A stretch of 62,979 nt of DNA, filler included, from Conidiobolus incongruus B7586 (Eukaryota): the NCBI GenBank assembly GCA_000697335.1. It is 17 parts of 17 records of this genome, joined end to end, with 100 filler letters (N's around TTAATTAATTAA, not from the genome) between each part and the next. Parts side by side here need not be neighbours in the genome. Positions count along the whole stretch, not along the records: positions 52,983 to 61,697 come from JNEM01004248.1; positions 61,798 to 62,979 come from JNEM01004249.1; 15 more parts are not named here. The stretch is one strand, 5' to 3'. A program made the translations under genes and the position numbers. The notes under the pieces were generated by a model, which made no database searches, was not told the origin of the DNA, and saw only the letters and a list, made by a program, of their open reading frames with translations. Of the stretch, positions 55,126 through 62,979 are shown piece by piece; the stretch's first letter is position 1; every line of letters starts with the position of its first letter.

Positions 55126-57876
55126 TTATAATACTTCAAAATTTTCATCATTGACACAATTATTGGAAATATCTATATCGGTAATGGTATCAATTTTGAA
55201 TTTGTTCAATTTAGTCACTCTAGATTTTTTAATTTTCTTGCTCCGATCGTCACTATTTCCACGCTTCCTATTACTTCTCTTAGATTTATCCACTATCTCT
55301 TTCTCCTCCTCTTCCTCCAAGTAAAACTTATCATAAAACCCTAGGACATTATACTCAACCTTTTTGGGATCCTTATACAAATTCTTATCCAAATCCAATT
55401 TATATCGGTAACTGAATGTAGATTTAGCAAATTGAGGTCCCTCTGCACCTGCGGGGGTGGAGGTGCAATTGTGACATTTGTAGGAGGAGGATGTCAAATC
55501 AAAGAAACATTGAAGATGAATGTCAATACAATTGTAACAGTTTGTAGAATTACAAGTGTGGCATTTAATACATTCTCCAAGCGTTGGAGCTTGACAACTA
55601 AAACATTGTTGATGTTTGTAAAGTATTCGATGTTGAATTCTATCCATAACAATTCTCATAGTATTGAAATTTTTAAAAACTTTATCAAATTCCTCTACTC
55701 CAATCTCATTGACAGATTTCTTATCAATATCATTATCAATGAAAAAATTATTATAACATTCCGCCGCATTTATCAATATTTGAAATAATTCTTCATTAGT
55801 TTTTGTAAAAACAATCATAAGAGTTTCAGAATCACTGGGTTTTAAGTAACGACCTTCAGTGATACAATCTAAACATAAGGTTGGAGTACTAATTAACAAT
55901 TTGGGATTTCCCTTGGGATCTGGTTTGACTGAGGCGAGATAGTGGTTGAAGATGTCGCAATTGCAGAAGTGACAGGTACGAGTGAATGGATTTTTATCCT
56001 TCACTTTCCTCACGATTACCTTATCGTAATCATGACATTCTGGGTAATATTCTTGAGCTATCATATTAGCCAAAAAGTGATACATTATTGGAAAATTCTC
56101 CAAAATAAAATCTCTGTGTTCTTGACCTTTAAGACGTCGGGACTTTGCTAATAAAGTAGTCCACTCTATAACACTGTGGTAAACCATAGCCTTATTACGG
56201 TATGATTCCGCCTTGAAAATAGATCTATAAACGTGACTAAAATGTGTCACAGCATGCCACAAACTCTTAGGTGTAGTCAAATTCCACGACAATTTTGTCG
56301 TGAATCCACCTAAATTCACCACACTATGAATACTCTGCGATGGAACAAATACAAAATCACCCAACCTCTGTTCAAACATATACAACCGTTTTGTAGAATT
56401 CGCTAAAATTTCCAATTCCGGTAAAGTATTGTCAAGATCGCAACACCTTCCAACAGGTGATACGGTATCAATATATCGTCGAATGTGGTGGACATCGTCG
56501 GAATTGGACATTATCCAAAGACTTGAGGAGGAGGGATCGGAATTTACTATGAGGTTATGACCTTGACTACCGCAAACGTCGATATGCAATGGAGTGAATG
56601 TGCCACCGCGGCCTACATAAATTTCTATATTTGGAGATTTTAAATTTCGGGGTAGGTAATGCATCATATCATAAATTCCTTGGTAGTGTAATTCTTTAGG
56701 TATGATGTGGTTTACGGTACTTTGCCACATTGGTGGGGCTTCTAAATCTTTGGCGTAATATAATTCTTCACTATGAGATTGAAACTTAAGAAATTCATCA
56801 AAATGTATGTTTCGAGATTGTCGAGTATTGGCGTCTATAACTTGTATAGGATCGGAATAGTACTGCTCCAAATATTTCAGGGAGAATATTTTGGTATCGA
56901 AATTGGAAAGTTTATGGAAATTTTTTACAACCATTGGAATACCTTTGCCATATACAATCTCTCTAACTTTTTCCATTAATTCACTTTGTGTTAATTGGAG
57001 AATGTCTTCACAATGAGGCTCCAAAAACTTTCCTGGATACTTCTCCCTGATAGCTTTCTCTCTGAAAGCTTCACCGTCATAGCTAAAGCTGGAATCTTTA
57101 GATTTTGTTGGTAAGATTTCAGAGATTGGTAAATATGGTACTTCCGACCTGGAATTCAAGGGTACCAACGTTGGAGTTGATGTAGGTTTGTAAGTATTCA
57201 AAATGGAATTGGGATCATTGAACTTATCGGGAATTTGGGAGGATGCTTCGATATTATTGGGTGCTGTTATTAATTGAGGTGTTGATATTTCGAGGTTAAC
57301 TGAAGTATCTATAGAGGTCTCAACACTTGGAAGTGACGACAGTGGAAAGCTTAGAGAAGATACCGGGATTAATATTTTCGTAGTGTCATTATCATCAGAG
57401 TTATGGGAAATTTCTTGGGATTCGAGCTGGGATGAAGTAGAAAAGAGATTTGAAATGTTGTTAATTGCTGGAATTGAAACTGAATCAGAATTTATGACTT
57501 GGTTCGAGGTTTTATCAGGATCATGAGAAATACGAATATTAGTAAGAGTGTTGATATCAGTTTTAAGAGTTTTAGAGTCTGACAAATTCCAATATTAATA
57601 ATTTTGGATTTTTCACTAATTTTAGTTTACCTATATTTGACTTCTCATCCAAGGTTTCAGTAAAATTAGTAATATTAGTGTTACATAGGTTAGAATTTAA
57701 AATAAAGTCTAAAGGACTTTTCGAAGGTGACAAGCTTTTTATATCTTCCAAAGAAAGGGATAAATTAATTTCATTTGAAATATTTGTAGGTATTGGAGTA
57801 TTGAAATCTACAATCAAAGTTAGAATTTTGTTTTATTAATATTTATACTATATATAGATTAACTATTTGATGACAT
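55126..57876 (-). CDS. JmjC-domain protein with Cys-rich fingers (KDM3 / fungal DMM-1-like putative histone demethylase). Exons 57876-57864, 57807-57631, 57578-55126; 3' end uncertain
   Basis: Fe-binding H-x-D (TFTPLHIDVCGSQGHNL) and distal H (FVFVPSQSIHSVVN); CHFCNCDIFN..CLDC finger; C-terminal CxxC cluster; basic NLS-like tail. ATG at 57876 plus introns of 56 and 52 nt joins two ORF-track entries in frame (MSSNNFNTP..SNIDSKTLK). The subfamily call is from remembered motifs, not a search. Confidence 0.85.
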
Positions 57877-60667
57877 TGTTAAATAATAAATTATCCTGAA
57901 TACAAATTTGAATTTTTTCTTAATTTTAATAATATTTGAATAAATCATGATGTAATTGAATTTATCTTACTTCACATTTAATACATTAATTTTTGATAAT
58001 TATTATGGGAATTTTCATTAATCTGATAATATAATTACAAATATTAAATATCTGATAAAAATTTGAGAAAATTATATGGATTCAAAAATATCTATTACTA
58101 ATAGATTATATTCCAGAAAGAATAGAGTTGATTGATTTTCAATATTTAATGATAATTGCTATTGTTATAGATTCTAATAGAAGATTACAATAATTTGGAT
58201 TAGAGTATTATTTGATATTACAATTAACATACTGTGTTGGCTGAGACTGATATATATCTTTAATTTCAAAATAGTTTATCATTTTTTGTGAGGACCTGAT
58301 TCAATAATTGGGAATTAGAAATCGAATCAAGCAAATTATTTATTACCAAATTAGAATTTAAATACAGATTAACCTTGGTTTTAAAATGTCTTAATTTATT
58401 ATTTATACGCCACATATTACTATGAATAAGAGAGACTAAAAAAGAGGAAAAACCAAAGAATAAGCCCAGTTACTTGTACTTGAAATTACTTACTTACCCA
58501 GAGTATTCCTCAGAACACACTACGTTTTTAATATTGAATGGAAAAAATTTAGAATTGGAATTTTTTGATCTATGCAGACATCGGATTGAAAATAAGATTT
58601 TTATAATCAATTTCTATATAAAGAAATAACATATCTTAAAAATTTGTTTATGTTTATTTTCAAATCAAACCCTAATGAAATAAATTTAAAATGTAAGTTA
58701 ATTATTAACACATTGAAATAAATTCAATTATATCAAAAATTCTAGCTTTAAATGATTAATATCTTCACAATGATTCAATATATCAAATAATATTTTGGCC
58801 ACTAATTTAAACTGTGTCAATAGTTTTTCAATTGGTTATAAATACTCAACATCAACATAATCGAACTCTGAAGATTAAAAATTAATAATTGAATTTTTTT
58901 TAATATTGCTAAAATTCAGTTACTCTATATGATCGATTTCAAACTAGATAATATTAAATATTGCAGAATGAAACTAAATATCTTCTAATTAGATATTCAA
59001 CTATTGAGTGTTGATTAAAATTTCATCCACCTTGGAAGAGATTGATTATATTTTAATTATATGATAAATTGATTGGTTCATACTTCTCATATTTATTTTT
59101 TCTTATATTGATATAATTTCTCTCTGCAATATTTTATTAATCCAACACTATAATATTTTGTAATTGTATTAGTCAACTGGTGAAATATTGAACAAAACAA
59201 AGGATGATATAGAATAAATGATAAATTCAATACTATTCTTGATATTATTAATTATATCGAATCTGTAATGTTTTCAAATCTGTTTTTAGGATGTTAGTAA
59301 AAACTTGAGCAATTGAAAGTTAGTAATTTAATGGTGTTTGAAAATTCCTTTGAAACATGATCTATCCATATTTCATTGTTCATATGAATTATTAAATTAA
59401 TCAAATTAGCCCAACTAATCAATGCTATCATTAGGGTTTTAAAAATTTCAAATTGATTACCTTTTTGTATTAACACTTTTAACAAGATTCTTTAGAAAAT
59501 CAAAATATATGAATGATAGATTAAATTAGTTTACAATTTTATTGAGTCATCATCAAATACGAAATAACATTGCTGATTTCAAGTCATTTATATTATAGTA
59601 AATTTATCAGATAATAGGTATCTAAGTTCTCATTTTGGTAATGCAAGAATTATCACTCATTATTCGAAATCTTTAGAGCACCATTTTAATGTTAAAGGTT
59701 TTAATAATTGAAGGTATATTGGCATTGACCAAAGGTCAATTTGCGAAGACTTAATCAATATTAATACACTTTGGGTAACTATAATCACAACATCAGAAGA
59801 GTGATCTGAAAATTGGGTGGAGTGGATGAATAATGGCTGACTATCAAAACGTAGTCTCAAAACCTAATAAAAAGAAAAATTAATTTGAATAAAATTTAAA
59901 CATTGATTCATTTTGTACTATTTGAGAAAGAACTTATCTAAAATCTATTCTTGGCAACTCATTCACTATAATTGATTCATGATTTTATATTTTATAATTA
60001 TAATACAATTCTAATATCAACAAAAATTCCATTATATATTACTTCTGCAATAAAGGTTGAAATTTGAAATTAGTAAATTAACTTATCCAGTGATATAGTG
60101 TAATTTTTGAATAAATCCCCAATCAAAAAATATTTTCCATTGTAACTAACTCCGAAAAATCATTCAAGTTTTAACCATCAATTAGAATATAAAACCTTCA
60201 AAGCGCTTTTAAATTGATTTGAAATTGATATTTTAGAATGACTTAGTATGAGTTAGCATAAGATGGTAGTATAAAAACAATTTGAAAAAAATTGAAATTA
60301 GTTTGAATATTCATGCTACGTATCTTATTTCATTATTTTGAATAACATTGTTTTATAAATTTACTCAATTAGCTATGTTGTATTATTAATATTGAATTTA
60401 GCTAGCATCCAGTATTTCTAATGAATTAGTAATATTTTAAAATAATATTGCTATATAAATTAAGGAATAACTGAAAGTAAAAGGTATCGATGCTTGAAAA
60501 AGCATCAATCAAAATCTAAAAATTAAAGCACCAATTCATACTATTAATCATGGCATTAATTTAACCAATTTATTCTCCATCGCCAATTTTTATATGAATA
60601 TGATATAAATATCATATAAGATTCAAACTGACAATTCAACAATATCAAATCTGATTGAATTTAAGCA

Positions 60668-61423
60668 ATGAGCCAATTATTATATCAACCCCAATCAATG
60701 GCGGGACCATCCCAAAACCGAGTAGTAGGAGGTACTGAAGTACGACCAGCCTTCAAATTTCCTTGGGTAGTGTCACTCCAGAACGATGGCAGCCACAGTT
60801 GTGGGGGATCTCTTTACAAACATGACACAGTCATCACAGCTGCTCACTGTACCGACGGAAATCTCAATTCTTGGAAAGTAAAAGTACATCGTCACAATTT
60901 GAAAAAAACCGACGCTGAAGAGGGAGGAGCTACATACAATGTGGTGAAAATGACACCTCATCCAATGTATGAAAGTGATAACGCTTATGACATTGCAATT
61001 TGGAAAATTAATTCCAATTCTTCAGATTATACTGGCCTTATCCTTGATGATGGATCTTATGGTATTAAAACAGGTACCAAGTTATTAGCTATCGGTTGGG
61101 GCAATCTCACCCCTGTAGGTCCTTCTCCAGATACTCTCCAACAGGTTCAACTTCCTGAATATGATATCCAGAGATGTTCCAATCATTATTCTTTGTTAGG
61201 TGGTAAACCTTTAAACCCCAAAACTCAAGTGTGTGCAGGTTACGATCGAGGATTGCAAGATACCTGTCAAGGGGATTCTGGAGGTCCACTATTCCTTAAC
61301 AGAGATGGTAAGCATATTTTAGTAGGAGCTACAAGTTTTGGATTTGGTTGTGCTACTCCTGCATTTCCAGGTGTTTACGCTAAAATTTCAGGATTGAAAA
61401 GTTGGATAGATGAAAATATTTAA
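60668..61423 (+). CDS. Trypsin-like serine protease (S1A), intronless, 251 aa
   Basis: R|VVGG activation site; TAAHC, YDIAI and GDSGGP catalytic triad; Asp in the S1 pocket (DTCQGDS); six Cys. Confidence 0.96.
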   Translation: MSQLLYQPQSMAGPSQNRVVGGTEVRPAFKFPWVVSLQNDGSHSCGGSLYKHDTVITAAHCTDGNLNSWKVKVHRHNLKKTDAEEGGATYNVVKMTPHPMYESDNAYDIAIWKINSNSSDYTGLILDDGSYGIKTGTKLLAIGWGNLTPVGPSPDTLQQVQLPEYDIQRCSNHYSLLGGKPLNPKTQVCAGYDRGLQDTCQGDSGGPLFLNRDGKHILVGATSFGFGCATPAFPGVYAKISGLKSWIDENI

Positions 61424-61797
61424 ATATTATAATTTAGCATAATTTAATCTTTTATATTATTATTCCAAAATATTATTGATATATTTTTTTAGAAATAAAA
61501 AATATATTAATAAACTTTTAAATTATTAAAAAATTATTTTATAAAATTTACCAAAATTACATTTTAAATAGTATTTTATTCTATTTTTATAATATATTAT
61601 ATTATTATAATTAAACTTTGCTATATAATAAAACTAAATAAAAGACTATTTTAAATTTTAATTAAAAAAAATACAATGTTGAAAAATTTTTATATTANNN
61701 NNNNNNNNNNNNNNNNNNNNNNNNNNNNNNNNNNNNNNNNNTTAATTAATTAANNNNNNNNNNNNNNNNNNNNNNNNNNNNNNNNNNNNNNNNNNNN

Positions 61798-62648
61798 GAA
61801 TTATCAAAACATTTTAATATTAGTTATATAAGTAATATATATATATTAAAGTTTAAATTAAAATTAATTAATAAAAATATAAAATAAATATATTTTAATT
61901 TAACTAAAGCTTAAAAAAAAGGTAGAGTAATTATTATTAAACAAAACTTACTAAGGTATAACTAAAAACCAAAACTTTTATAATAAATCATTATAATTGA
62001 TAAATCTTAGATTTTTTTATATAATCTTTTATTAAAATATAAATCAAAATATTAAATTAAGTTAAATTAACCCCTTTTATAAATTCTTTTAAATAAACCT
62101 TTTATTAATAAGCAAATAGTAATTGTTATAATAAACTATAATAATATATGCCATTTATATTTAATTTTTAAAGAAAAATTAATTAATAGTAAACTTTATA
62201 TTTCTTTTTTAAATAAAACTATTTCTAATTAGTATTCTTAATATAATTTAAAAATACTTATTATTTTACATAATAATTATAAAATATATAAATTTAAAGT
62301 TATAAAAAACTTTTTAATTAAAAATAACTGGAAAAAACTATCATATTTAGAATATTCTTTAGATTATAACTTATGTGATTATAATTGTTTTAAGCAATTA
62401 AAAAACTAGCTTACAAGAAAGAAAATTTTTAGAGGAAAATTTAATTGGTTTGTAAAATATCAAATTTTAGTCTTTAATAAAAAAACCATTTTTTAAATAT
62501 TAGATCTTGATTAAAAGTATAGCAAAAAGTTATTAGAAATAAAAGAAATTATTAATTTTATATTATATATTTATTTTTACTTTTTATATATTAAAATATT
62601 TTTTTTCAATTATTAAAAATTCCTATTGGTTAAATTATAAAATAATAT
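61798..62648 (+). mobile_element. Second mariner (DD34D) relic, 5' part lost at a gap
   Basis: Colinear with 6375-7224; YSLDYNLCDY at ~62353; TIR ttcctattggttaaattataaaataata. Confidence 0.9.
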
Positions 62649-62979
62649 TAAAGAAATTCAACTCATTGATTTATTAAAAACTAAAAATATTCTAGTAATT
62701 AATTTACCTTATAATTCCTTACCTTTAACTATCACTTTATTGTTTATTTTAACTAAATATTTTATAGATATAATTATTAATATTTTAATTAACTTTAGTT
62801 ATTTTAGTTATATTATCTTTTCTTTTATTATTTTAAAATTATCTTTATCAATTTAAAAAAAGAACTTGATAATTAAATATACTAATTATTTAATAAAATA
62901 AATATTTAATAATATATTTAAATACTTTTCACTATTGTTTAACTAATTTTAATATATTAAATTTTTAATTGATAATATT

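Larger units (their letters stand above)
3544..61797. other. 16 artificial scaffold spacers (N44-TTAATTAATTAA-N44; stop codons in all six frames)
   Basis: Identical 100-nt blocks start at 3544, 5758, 7466, 10291, 19516, 21830, 25326, 29127, 30712, 32019, 33447, 34999, 40851, 43911, 52882 and 61698. Contig adjacency across them is not sequence-supported. Confidence 0.97.

Noticed and set aside
59294..59860. Two short minus-strand ORFs as a gene
   Set aside because: Non-ATG starts, no recognisable domain, and no convincing splice model; at most a decayed relic.

Overview
Very AT-rich eukaryotic (fungal) scaffold of 17 contigs joined by artificial 100-nt spacers (N44-TTAATTAATTAA-N44). Protein style and 48-69 nt GT-AG introns suggest an entomophthoralean, Conidiobolus-like fungus; this is inference only. 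Intact genes sit in more GC-rich islands: a tricalbin/E-Syt (SMP + about 6 C2 domains, 6 exons), a VDAC porin (4 exons, missed by the ORF track), a gap-truncated LRR/RNI-like ORF, a homeodomain protein, a KDM3/DMM-1-like JmjC protein (3 exons), and a trypsin with no signal peptide. The apparently featureless AT DNA decodes as transposon relics destroyed almost entirely by C>T and G>A transitions: a Ty3/gypsy chromovirus, two DD34D mariner copies, and about ten copies of an IR/DR-type DD34E Tc1 family, some nested inside Tc1 terminal repeats. Each copy carries independent transitions while genes and a short solo LTR are spared. The strongest candidate for a new system is therefore a RIP-like, repeat-targeted hypermutation defence in a probable early-diverging fungus. 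All alignments and translations were done by eye.
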